From positions 3,596,001 through 3,660,000 of the forward strand of contig OY986949.1 of NCBI GenBank assembly GCA_963920595.1: a stretch of 64,000 bases of DNA, written 5' to 3'. Shown here in pieces: positions 52,101-64,000 of this stretch. This DNA comes from Eimeria praecox (Eukaryota). A model generated the notes under the pieces. That model was not told the origin of the DNA. It did no database searches and saw only the letters and a list, made by a program, of their open reading frames with translations. The stretch's first letter is position 1. The number at the start of each line of letters is the position of its first letter. Made by a program: the position numbers and the translations under genes.

Positions 52101-55100
52101 CTCCACAACACCCACTTGCTGCGGTGGCTGAAAACCAACAACAAAGTAAGCCAGCGACCCTGATAAGGGCATACCTCTCTCCAAACCAAGGGCCATAATC
52201 TATTCCCCAAACCACCAGCAGGTCACTATCTACCATGCATCTCCGCTACATTGCCGCACTCCCCACACATTCAAGTCCTGCGCTTCCATCGACCTCCTAC
52301 TACTTTACGCCTATGGAACGCCCCACACCAAAACAGCTTTGTCTATCCTCCAAACAAAACACACAAACACCACTGCCAGCATCCGTCCATGCACAACGCC
52401 CTCACGCGCACAATGCAACACCAACAGCACCTGCCAAACCTCTCTCTCTCTCTGCGCAGCAGCCGCCTGCCCTGCCACCTCCACAACACCCACTTGCTGC
52501 GGTGGCTGAAAGCCAACAACAAAGTAAGCCAGCGACCCTGCTAAGGGCATACCTCTCTCCAAACCAAGCGGCATAATCTATTCCCAAAAATACCAGCAGG
52601 TCACTATCTACCATGCATCTCCGCCACATTGCCGCACTCCCCACACATTCAAGTCCTGCGCTTCCATCGACCTCCTACTAATTTACGCCTATGGAACGCC
52701 CCACACCAAAACAGCTTTGTCTATCCTCCGAACAAAACACACAAACACCCGTGGCAGCGTCCGTATAGGCACTAACCCCTAACGTGCGCACTGCAACACA
52801 ACCAGCACCTGCCAAACCTCTCTCTCTTTGCGCAGCAGCCGCCTGCCCTGCCAACTCCACAACACCCACTTGCTGCGGTGGCTGAAAACCAACAACAACG
52901 TAAGCCAGCGACCCTGATAAGGGCACGACTCGCTCCAAACCAACAGCCATAATCTATTCCCAAAACCACCAGCAGGTCACTATCTACCATGCATATGCCC
53001 CAGATTGGCTCACGCTTCACACATTCACGTCTTGCGGTTCCATCTAGCAACTACTAATTCAAGCCTATGGAACGCCTCACACCAAAACAGCTTTGCCCAT
53101 CCTCCGAACCAGACACGCAAACACCACTGGCAGCGTCATTCCATGCACAACGCCCTCACATGCCATGCATCTGCCCCAGATTGCCGCACTCCAAACCTCT
53201 CTCTCTCTTTGCGCAGCAGCCGCCTGCCCTGCCACCTCCACAACACCCACTTGCTGTGGTGGCTGAAAATCAACAACAACGTAAGCCAGCGACCCTGCTA
53301 AGGGCATGCCTCTCTCCAAACCAACAGCCATAATCTATTCCCAAAACCACCAGCAGGTCACTATCTGCCATGCATATGCCCCAGATTGCCGCACTCCCCA
53401 CACATTCAAGCCCTGCGCTTCCATTGGCCTCCTACTAATTTACGCCTGTGGAACGCCCCACACCAAAACAGCTTTGCCTATCCTCCGAACAAAACACGCA
53501 AACACCACTGGTAGCCTCATTCCATGCACAACGCCCTCACGCGCACAATGCAACACAACCAGCACCCGCCAAACCTCCCTGCGCAGGAGCCGCCTACCAA
53601 GCCACCTCCGCAACACCCACTTGCTGTGGTCTCTGAAAATCAACAACAACGTAAGCCAGCGACCCTGCTAAGGGCAAGCTTCCATCCAAACCAACAGCCA
53701 TAATCTATTCCCCAAACCACCAGCAGGTCACTATCTACCATGCATATGCCCCACATTGCCGCACTGTTCGCACATTCAAGTCCTGCGCTTCCATCGACCA
53801 CCAAATAATTTGCGCCTATGGAACGCCCCACACCAAAACAGCTTTGTCTATCCTCCAAACAAAACACGCAAACACCACTGGCAGCATCCGTCCATGCACA
53901 ACGCCCTCACGCGCACGCTGTAACACAACCAGCACCTGCCAAACCTCTCTCTCTCTGCGCAGGAGCCGCCTACCAAGCCACCTCCACAACACCCACTTGC
54001 TGCGGTGGCTGAAAGCCAACAACAAAGTAAGCCAGCGACCCTGATAAGGGCATACCTCTCTCCAAACCAAGCGGCATAATCTATTCCCAAAAATACCAGC
54101 AGGTCACTATCTACCATGCATCTCCGCCACATTGCCGCACTCCCCACACATTCAAGTCCTGCGCTTCCATCGACCTCCTACTAATTTACGCCTATGGAAC
54201 GCCCCACACCAAAACAGCTTTGTCTATCCTCCGAACAAAACACACAAACACCCGTGGCAGCGTCCGTATAGGCACTAACCCCTAACGTGCGCACTGCAAC
54301 ACAACCAGCACCTGCCAAACCTCTCTCTCTTTGCGCAGCAGCCGCCTGCCCTGCCAACTCCACAACACCCACTTGCTGCGGTGGCTGAAAACCAACAACA
54401 ACGTAAGCCAGCGACCCTGATAAGGGCACGACTCGCTCCAAACCAACAGCCATAATCTATTCCCAAAACCACCAGCAGGTCACTATCTACCATGCATATG
54501 CCCCAGATTGGCTCACGCTTCACACATTCACGTCTTGCGGTTCCATCTAGCAACTACTAATTCAAGCCTATGGAACGCCTCACACCAAAACAGCTTTGCC
54601 CATCCTCCGAACCAGACACGCAAACACCACTGGCAGCGTCATTCCATGCACAACGCCCTCACATGCCATGCATCTGCCCCAGATTGCCGCACTCCAAACC
54701 TCTCTCTCTCTCTGCGCAGCAGCCGCCTGCCCTGCCACCTCCACAACACCCACTTGCTGTGGTGGCTGAAAATCAACAACAACGTAAGCCAGCGACCCTG
54801 CTAAGGGCATGCCTCTCTCCAAACCAACAGCCATAATCTATTCCCAAAACCACCAGCAGGTCACTATCTGCCGTGCATATGCCCCAGATTGCCGCACTCC
54901 CCACACATTCAAGCCCTGCGCTTCCATTGGCCTCCTACTAATTTACGCCTGTGGAACGCCCCACACCAAAACAGCTTTGTCTATCCTCCGAACAAAACAC
55001 GCAAACACCACTGGTAGCCTCATTCCATGCACAACGCCCTCACGCGCACAATGCAACACAACCAGCACCCGCCAAACCTCCCTGCGCAGGAGCCGCCTAC

Positions 55101-58100
55101 CAAGCCACCTCCGCAACACCCACTTGCTGTGGTCTCTGAAAATCAACAACAACGTAAGCCAGCGACCCTGCTAAGGGCAAGCTTCCATCCAAACCAACAG
55201 CCATAATCTATTCCCAAAACCACCAGCAGGTCACTATCTACCATGCATATGCCCCACATTGCCGCACTGTTCGCACATTGAGGTCCTGCGCTTCCATCGA
55301 CCACCAAATAATTTACGCCTATGGAACGCCCCACACCAAAACAGCTTTGTCAATCCTCCGAACAAAACACACAAACACCTGTGGCAGCGTTCGTCCATGC
55401 ACAACAACCTGATGCCCACACTCCAACACAACCAGCACCTGCCAAACCTCTCTGTCTCTCTGCGCAGGAGCCGCCTGGCCTGCCACCTCTACAACACCCA
55501 CTTGCTGTGGTGGCTGAAAACCAACAACAACGTAAGCCAGCGACCCTGCTAAGGGCAAGCTTCCATCCAAACCAACAGCCATAATCTATTCCCCACACCA
55601 CCAGCAGGTCACTATCTACCATGCATATGCCCCACATTGCCGCACTGTTCGCACATTCAAGTCCTGCGCTTCCATCGACCACCAAATACTTTACGCCTAT
55701 GGAACGCCCCACACCAAAACAGCTTTGTCTATCCTCCAAACAAAACACACAAACACCACTGGCAGCATCCGTCCATGCACAACGCCCTCACGCGCACGCT
55801 GTAACACAACCAGCACCTGCCAAACCTCTCTCTCTCTGCGCAGGAGCCGCCTACCAAGCCACCTCCACAACACCCACTTGCTGCGGTGGCTGAAAACCAA
55901 CAACAAAGTAAGCCAGCGACCCTGATAAGGGCATACCTCCCTCCAAACCAAGCGGCATAATCTATTCCCAAAAATACCAGCAGGTCACTATCTACCATGC
56001 ATCTCCGCCACATTGCCGCACTCCCCACACATTCAAGTCCTGCGCTTCCATCGACCTCCTACTACTTTACGCCTATGGAACGCCCCACACCAAAACAGCT
56101 TTGTCTATCCTCCGAACAAAACACACAAACACCCGTGGCAGCGTCCGTATAGGCACTAACCCCTAACGTGCGCACTGCAACACAACCAGCACCTGCCAAA
56201 CCTCTCTCTCTTTGCGCAGCAGCCGCCTGCCCTGCCAACTCCACAACACCCACTTGCTGCGGTGGCTGAAAACCAACAACAACGTAAGCCAGCGACCCTG
56301 ATAAGGGCACGACTCGCTCCAAACCAACAGCCATAATCTATTCCCAAAACCACCAGCAGGTCACTATCTACCATGCATATGCCCCAGATTGGCTCACGCT
56401 TCACACATTCACGTCTTGCGGTTCCATCTAGCAACTACTAATTCAAGCCTATGGAACGCCTCATACCAAAACAGCTTTGCCTATCCTCCAAACAAAACAC
56501 ACAAACACCCGTGGCAGCGTCATTCCATGCACAACGCCCTCACATGCCATGCATCTGCCCCAGATTGCCGCACTCCAAACCTCTCTCTCTCTTTGCGCAG
56601 CAGCCGCCTGCCCTGCCACCTCCACAACACCCACTTGCTGTGGTGGCTGAAAATCAACAACAACGTAAGCCAGCGACCCTGCTAAGGGCATGCCTCTCTC
56701 CAAACCAACAGCCATAATCTATTCCCAAAACCACCAGCAGGTCACTATCTGCCATGCATATGCCCCAGATTGCCGCACTCCCCACACATTCAAGCCCTGC
56801 GCTTCCACTGGCCTCCTACTAATTTACGCCTGTGGAACGCCCCACACCAAAACAGCTTTGCCTATCCTCCGAACAAAACACGCAAACACCACTGGTAGCC
56901 TCATTCCATGCACAACGCCCTCACGCGCACAATGCAACACAACCAGCACCCGCCAAACCTCCCTGCGCAGGAGCCGCCTACCAAGCCACCTCCGCAACAC
57001 CCACTTGCTGTGGTCTCTGAAAATCAACAACAACGTAAGCCAGCGACCCTGCTAAGGGCAAGCTTCCATCCAAACCAACAGCCATAATCTATTCCCCAAA
57101 CCACCAGCAGGTCACTATCTACCATGCATATGCCCCACATTGCCGCACTGCTCGCACATTCAAGTCCTGCGCTTATATCGACCACCAAATAATTTACGCC
57201 TATGGAACGCCCCACACCAAAACAGCTTTGTCTATCCTCCAAACAAAACACACAAACACCACTGGCAGCATCCGTCCATGCACAACGCCCTCACGCGCAC
57301 GCTGTAACACAACCAGCACCTGCCAAACCTCTCTCTCTCTGCGCAGGAGCCGCCTACCAAGCCACCTCCACAACACCCACTTGCAGCGGTGGCTGAAAAC
57401 CAACAACAAAGTAAGCCAGCGACCCTGATAAGGGCATACCTCTCTCCAAACCAACAGCCATAATCTATTCCCAAAAATACCAGCAGGTCACTATCTACCA
57501 TGCATCTCCGCCACATTGCCGCACTCCCCACACATTCAAGTCCTGCGCTTCCATCGACCACCAAATAATTTACGCCTATGGAACGCCCCGCACCAAAACA
57601 GCTTTGTCTATCCTCCGGACGAAACACACAAACACCTGTGGCAGCGTCCGTATAGGCACTAACCCCTAACGTGCGCACTGCAACACAACCAGCACCTGCC
57701 AAACCTCTCTCTCTTTGCGCAGCAGCCGCCTGCCTTGCCACCTCCACAACACCCACTTGCTGCGGTGGCTGAAAACCAACAACAACGTAAGCCAGCGACC
57801 CTGATAAGGGCACGACTCGCTCCAAACCAACAGCCATAATCTATTCCTAAAACCACCAGCAGGTCACTATCTACCATGCATATGCCCCAGATTGGCTCAC
57901 GCTTCACACATTCACGTCTTGCGGTTCCATCTAGCAACTACTAATTCAAGCCTATGGAACGCCCCACACCAAAACAGCTTTGTCTATCCTCCGAACAAAA
58001 CACACAAACACCCGTGGCAGCGTCCGTATAGGCACTAACCCCTAACGTGCGCACTGCAACACAACCAGCACCTGCCAAACCTCTCTCTCTTTGCGCAGCA

Positions 58101-61100
58101 GCCGCCTGCCCTGCCAACTCCACAACACCCACTTGCTGCGGTGGCTGAAAACCAACAACAACGTAAGCCAGCGACCCTGATAAGGGCACGACTCGCTCCA
58201 AACCAACAGCCATAATCTATTCCCAAAACCACCAGCAGGTCACTATCTACCATGCATATGCCCCAGATTGGCTCACGCTTCACACATTCACGTCTTGCGG
58301 TTCCATCTAGCAACTACTAATTCAAGCCTATGGAACGCCTCACACCAAAACAGCTTTGCCTATCCTCCGAACAAGACACGCAAACACCACTGGCAGCGTC
58401 ATTCCATGCACAACGCCCTCACATGCCATGCATCTGCCCCAGGTTGCCGCACTCCAAACCTCTCTCTCTCTCTGCGCAGGAGCCGCCTACCAAGCCACCT
58501 CCACAACACCCACTTGCTGTGGTGGCTGAAAATCAACAACAACGTAAGCCAGCGACCCTGATAAGGGCATGCCTCTCTCCAAACCAACAGCCATAATCTA
58601 TTCCCAAAACCACCAGCAGGTCACTATCTACCATGCATATGCCCCAGATTGCCGCACTCCCCACACATTCAAGCCCTGCGCTTCCATTGGCCTCCTACTA
58701 ATTTACGCCTGTGGAACGCCCCACACCAAAACAGCTTTGCCTATCCTCCGAACAAAACACGCAAACACCACTGGTAGCCTCATTCCATGCACAACGCCCT
58801 CACGCGCACAATGCAACACAACCAGCACCCGCCAAACCTCCCTGCGCAGGAGCCGCCTACCAAGCCACCTCCGCAACACCCACTTGCTGTGGTCTCTGAA
58901 AATCAACAACAACGTAAGCCAGCGACCCTGCTAAGGGCAAGCTTCTATCCAAACCAACAGCCATAATCTATTCCCCACACCACCAGCAGGTCACTATCTA
59001 CCATGCATATGCCCCACATTGCCGCACTGTTCGCACATTCAAGTCCTGCGCTTCCATCGACCACCAAATAATTTACGCCTATGGAACGCCCCACACCAAA
59101 ACAGCTTTGTCTATCCTCCAAACAAAACACACAAACACCACTGGCAGCATCCGTCCATGCACAACGCCCTCACGCGCACGCTGTAACACAACCAGCACCT
59201 GCCAAACCTCTCTCTCTCTGCGCAGGAGCCGCCTACCAAGCCACCTCCACAACACCCACTTGCTGCGGTGGCTGAAAACCAACAACAACGTAAGCCAGCG
59301 ACCCTGATAAGGGCATACCTCTCTCCAAACCAACAGCCATAATCTATTCCCAAAAATACCAGCAGGTCACTATCTACCATGCATCTCCGCCACATTGCCG
59401 CACTCCCCACACATTCAAGTCCTGCGCTTCCATCGACCACCTACTAATTTACGCCTATGGAACGCCCCACACCAAAACAGCTTTGTCTATCCTCCGAACA
59501 AAACACACAAACACCCGTGGCACCGTCCGTATAGGCACTAACCCCTAACGTGCGCACTGCAACACAACCAGCACCTGCCAAACCTCTCTCTCTTTGCGCA
59601 GCAGCCGCCTGCCTTGCCACCTCCGCAACACCCACTTGCTGCGGTGGCTGAAAACCAACAACAACGTAAGCCAGCGACCCTGATAAGGGCATACCTCTCT
59701 CCAAACCAAGCGGCATAATCTATTCCCAAAAATACCAGCAGGTCACTATCTACCATGCATCTCCGCCACATTGCCGCACTCCCCACACATTCAAGTCCTG
59801 CGCTTCCATCGACCACCAAATAATTTACGCCTATGGAACGCCCCGCACCAAAACAGCTTTGTCTATCCTCCGAACGAAACACACAAACACCCGTGGCAGC
59901 GTCCGTATAGGCACTAACCCCTAACGTGCGCACTGCAACACAACCAGCACCTGCCAAACCTCTCTCTCTTTTTGCGCAGCAGCCGCCTGCCCTGCCAACT
60001 CCACAACACCCACTTGCTGCGGTGGCTGAAAACCAACAACAACGTAAGCCAGCGACCCTGATAAGGGCACGACTCGCTCCAAACCAACAGCCATAATCTA
60101 TTCCCAAAACCACCAGCAGGTCACTATCTACCATGCATATGCCCCAGATTGGCTCACGCTTCACACATTCACGTCTTGCGGTTCCATCTAGCAACTACTA
60201 ATTCAAGCCTATGGAACGCCTCATACCAAAACAGCTTTGCCTATCCTCCAAACAAAACACACAAACACCCGTGGCAGCGTCATTCCATGCACAACGCCCT
60301 CACATGCCATGCATCTGCCCCAGATTGCCGCACTCCAAACCTCTCTCTCTCTTTGCGCAGCAGCCGCCTGCCCTGCCACCTCCACAACACCCACTTGCTG
60401 TGGTGGCTGAAAATCAACAACAACGTAAGCCAGCGACCCTGCTAAGGGCATGCCTCTCTCCAAACCAACAGCCATAATCTATTCCCAAAACCACCAGCAG
60501 GTCACTATCTGCCATGCATATGCCCCAGATTGCCGCACTCCCCACACATTCAAGCCCTGCGCTTCCACTGGCCTCCTACTAATTTACGCCTGTGGAACGC
60601 CCCACACCAAAACAGCTTTGCCTATCCTCCGAACAAAACACGCAAACACCACTGGTAGCCTCATTCCATGCACAACGCCCTCACGCGCACAATGCAACAC
60701 AACCAGCACCCGCCAAACCTCCCTGCGCAGGAGCCGCCTACCAAGCCACCTCCGCAACACCCACTTGCTGTGGTCTCTGAAAATCAACAACAACGTAAGC
60801 CAGCGACCCTGCTAAGGGCAAGCTTCCATCCAAACCAACAGCCATAATCTATTCCCCACACCACCAGCAGGTCACTATCTACCATGCATATGCCCCACAT
60901 TGCCGCACTGTTCGCACATTCAAGTCCTGCGCTTCCATCGACCACCAAATACTTTACGCCTATGGAACGCCCCACACCAAAACAGCTTTGTCTATCCTCC
61001 AAACAAAACACACAAACACCACTGGCAGCATCCGTCCATGCACAACGCCCTCACGCGCACGCTGTAACACAACCAGCACCTGCCAAACCTCTCTCTCTCT

Positions 61101-64000
61101 GCGCAGGAGCCGCCTACCAAGCCACCTCCACAACACCCACTTGCTGCGGTGGCTGAAAACCAACAACAACGTAAGCCAGCGACCCTGCTAAGGGCATACC
61201 TCTCTCCAAACCAAGCGGCATAATCTATTCCCAAAAATACCAGCAGGTCACTATCTACCATGCATCTCCGCCACATTGCCGCACTCCCCACACATTCAAG
61301 TCCTGCGCTTCCATCGACCTCCTACTAATTTACGCCTATGGAACGCCCCACACCAAAACAGCTTTGTCTATCCTCCGAACAAAACACACAAACACCCGTG
61401 GCAGCGTCCGTATAGGCACTAACCCCTAACGTGCGCACTGCAACACAACCAGCACCTGCCAAACCTCTCTCTCTTTGCGCAGCAGCCGCCTGCCCTGCCA
61501 ACTCCACAACACCCACTTGCTGCGGTGGCTGAAAACCAACAACAACGTAAGCCAGCGACCCTGATAAGGGCACGACTCGCTCCAAACCAACAGCCATAAT
61601 CTATTCCCAAAACCACCAGCAGGTCACTATCTACCATGCATATGCCCCAGATTGGCTCACGCTTCACACATTCACGTCTTGCGGTTCCATCTAGCAACTA
61701 CTAATTCAAGCCTATGGAACGCCTCACACCAAAACAGCTTTGCCTATCCTCCGAACAAAACACACAAACACCACTGGTAGCCTCATTCCATGCACAACGC
61801 CCTCACATGCCATGCATCTGCCCCAGATTGCCGCACTCCAAACCTCTCTCTCTCTTTGCGCAGCAGCCGCCTGCCCTGCCACCTCCACAACACCCACTTG
61901 CTGTGGTGGCTGAAAATCAACAACAACGTAAGCCAGCGACCCTGCTAAGGGCATGCCTCTCTCCAAACCAACAGCCATAATCTATTCCCAAAACCACCAG
62001 CAGGTCACTATCTGCCATGCATATGCCCCAGATTGCCGCACTCCCCACACATTCAAGCCCTGCGCTTCCATTGGCCTCCTACTAATTTACGCCTGTGGAA
62101 CGCCCCACACCAAAACAGCTTTGCCTATCCTCCGAACAAAACACGCAAACACCACTGGTAGCCTCATTCCATGCACAACGCCCTCACGCGCACAATGCAA
62201 CACAACCAGCACCCGCCAAACCTCCCTGCGCAGGAGCCGCCTACCAAGCCACCTCCGCAACACCCACTTGCTGTGGTCTCTGAAAATCAACAACAACGTA
62301 AGCCAGCGACCCTGCTAAGGGCAAGCTTCCATCCAAACCAACAGCCATAATCTATTCCCCAAACCACCAGCAGGTCACTATCTACCATGCATATGCCCCA
62401 CATTGCCGCACTGTTCGCACATTCAAGTCCTGCGCTTCCATCGACCACCAAATACTTTACGCCTATGGAACGCCCCACACCAAAACAGCTTTGTCTATCC
62501 TCCAAACAAAACACACAAACACCACTGGCAGCATCCGTCCATGCACAACGCCCTCACGCGCACGCTGTAACACAACCAGCACCTGCCAAACCTCTCTCTC
62601 TCTGCGCAGGAGCCGCCTACCAAGCCACCTCCACAACACCCACTTGCTGCGGTGGCTGAAAACCAACAACAACGTAAGCCAGCGACCCTGCTAAGGGCAT
62701 ACCTCTCTCCAAACCAAGCGGCATAATCTATTCCCAAAAATACCAGCAGGTCACTATCTACCATGCATCTCCGCCACATTGCCGCACTCCCCACACATTC
62801 AAGTCCTGCGCTTCCATCGACCTCCTACTACTTTACGCCTATGGAACGCCCCACACCAAAACAGCTTTGTCTATCCTCCGAACAAAACACACAAACACCC
62901 GTGGCAGCGTCCGTATAGGCACTAACCCCTAACGTGCGCACTGCAACACAACCAGCACCTGCCAAACCTCTCTCTCTTTGCGCAGCAGCCGCCTGCCCTG
63001 CCAACTCCACAACACCCACTTGCTGCGGTGGCTGAAAACCAACAACAACGTAAGCCAGCGACCCTGATAAGGGCACGACTCGCTCCAAACCAACAGCCAT
63101 AATCTATTCCCAAAACCACCAGCAGGTCACTATCTACCATGCATATGCCCCAGATTGGCTCACGCTTCACACATTCACGTCTTGCGGTTCCATCTAGCAA
63201 CTACTAATTCAAGCCTATGGAACGCCTCACACCAAAACAGCTTTGCCTATCCTCCGAACAAAACACACAAACACCACTGGTAGCCTCATTCCATGCACAA
63301 CGCCCTCACATGCCATGCATCTGCCCCAGATTGCCGCACTCCAAACCTCTCTCTCTCTTTGCGCAGCAGCCGCCTGCCCTGCCACCTCCACAACACCCAC
63401 TTGCTGTGGTGGCTGAAAATCAACAACAACGTAAGCCAGCGACCCTGCTAAGGGCATGCCTCTCTCCAAACCAACAGCCATAATCTATTCCCAAAACCAC
63501 CAGCAGGTCACTATCTGCCATGCATATGCCCCAGATTGCCGCACTCCCCACACATTCAAGCCCTGCGCTTCCATTGGCCTCCTACTAATTTACGCCTGTG
63601 GAACGCCCCACACCAAAACAGCTTTGCCTATCCTCCGAACAAAACACGCAAACACCACTGGTAGCCTCATTCCATGCACAACGCCCTCACGCGCACAATG
63701 CAACACAACCAGCACCCGCCAAACCTCCCTGCGCAGGAGCCGCCTACCAAGCCACCTCCGCAACACCCACTTGCTGTGGTCTCTGAAAATCAACAACAAC
63801 GTAAGCCAGCGACCCTGCTAAGGGCAAGCTTCCATCCAAACCAACAGCCATAATCTATTCCCCAAACCACCAGCAGGTCACTATCTACCATGCATATGCC
63901 CCACATTGCCGCACTGTTCGCACATTCAAGTCCTGCGCTTCCATCGACCACCAAATAACTTGCGCCTATGGAACGCCCCACACCAAAACAGCTTTGTCTA
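34151..64000. repeat. 1,503-bp four-monomer HOR (P381-Q370-R376-S376) with 3-mer (1133), 5-mer (~1879-1884) and 6-mer (~2255) variants
   Basis: The 370-bp Q monomer marker ORF starts at 34646, 36530, 38409, 40664, 42543, 44046, 45549, 48185, 49688, 51191, 53448, 54951, 56832, 58711, 60592, 62095 and 63598. Spacings are 1884, 1879, 2255, 1879, 1503, 1503, 2636, 1503, 1503, 2257, 1503, 1881, 1879, 1881, 1503 and 1503. Confidence 0.95.

Larger units (their letters stand above)
1..64000. repeat. Tandem satellite DNA array, ~376-381 bp monomer, about 175 copies, head-to-tail, open at both window edges
   Basis: Landmark CCAAACCAACAGCCATAA (or a close variant) ends at 228, 610, 990, 1368, 1748, 1986, 2364, 2744 and onward to 63483 and ~63853. 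Other shared blocks in nearly every unit are ACAGCTTTG(T/C)CTATCCTCC, CCAAACC(TC)nTGCGCAG, ACAACACCCACTTGCT and GTAAGCCAGCGACC. No non-repeat sequence or inversion seen. Confidence 0.99.
20151..64000. repeat. Satellite subfamily domain B (370/376/378/381 bp monomers)
   Basis: Diagnostic variants: CAGGTCACTATC, CATGCATATG, ACATTCAAG, AACGCCCTCAC, GTATAGGCACTAACCCCTAACGTGCGCACTGC and GCGCAGCAGCCG. These first appear at ~20,200-22,650 and persist to the end. Confidence 0.9.

Noticed and set aside
25..63981. Hundreds of 60-218 aa ORFs on both strands as protein-coding genes
   Set aside because: They overlap in several frames, recur with the monomer, are broken by (CT)n slippage and stops, often use non-ATG starts, and show no recognisable domain.
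1..64000. CRISPR array or diversity-generating retroelement-like cassette array
   Set aside because: The entire ~378-bp unit is repeated. Variable segments are a small set of recurring alleles rather than unique spacers, the changes are not adenine-specific, and no cas or reverse transcriptase gene is present.
1..64000. Tandem RNA gene array (5S rRNA, tRNA, spliced-leader or snRNA)
   Set aside because: I found no recognisable 5S, tRNA, known spliced-leader or snRNA sequence on either strand. An Rfam/Infernal search would be needed to exclude it fully.
1..64000. CENP-B box or canonical G-quadruplex motif
   Set aside because: No match to the 17-bp CENP-B box was seen, and I did not find four closely spaced runs of three or more C.
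1..64000. Transposon insertion, inversion or unique sequence interrupting the array
   Set aside because: Monomer landmarks continue in the same orientation at 238 or 370-385 bp spacing throughout.

Overview
The whole 64 kb window is one uninterrupted head-to-tail tandem array (satellite DNA) of about 175 copies of a ~376-381 bp monomer, all in the same orientation and running off both ends. I see no credible protein-coding gene, RNA gene, transposon or CRISPR array. The hundreds of short ORFs in the track are the same few reading frames recurring once per monomer, frameshifted by a variable internal (CT)n tract. The + strand is C/A-rich and G-poor (hand count of 9721-10080: C133 A100 T70 G57). 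The array has two subfamily domains. Domain A (1 to ~20,150) carries 14 copies of a 238-bp deletion monomer and irregular higher-order repeats (HORs) of 616-2502 bp. Domain B (~20,150 to 64,000) contains 759-bp dimers, a 6,796-bp (18-monomer) tandem duplication and a 1,503-bp 4-monomer HOR with 3-, 5- and 6-mer variants. The most interesting signals concern array evolution: a templated out-of-register insertion, chimeric monomers, copying over distances up to 35 kb, and a fixed-length hypervariable slot. There is also a speculative splice-signal-like triad in each monomer. The architecture suggests eukaryotic centromeric or heterochromatic satellite (inference). I do not recognise the family or the organism. 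All comparisons were made by eye or from the ORF track, not by computed alignment.
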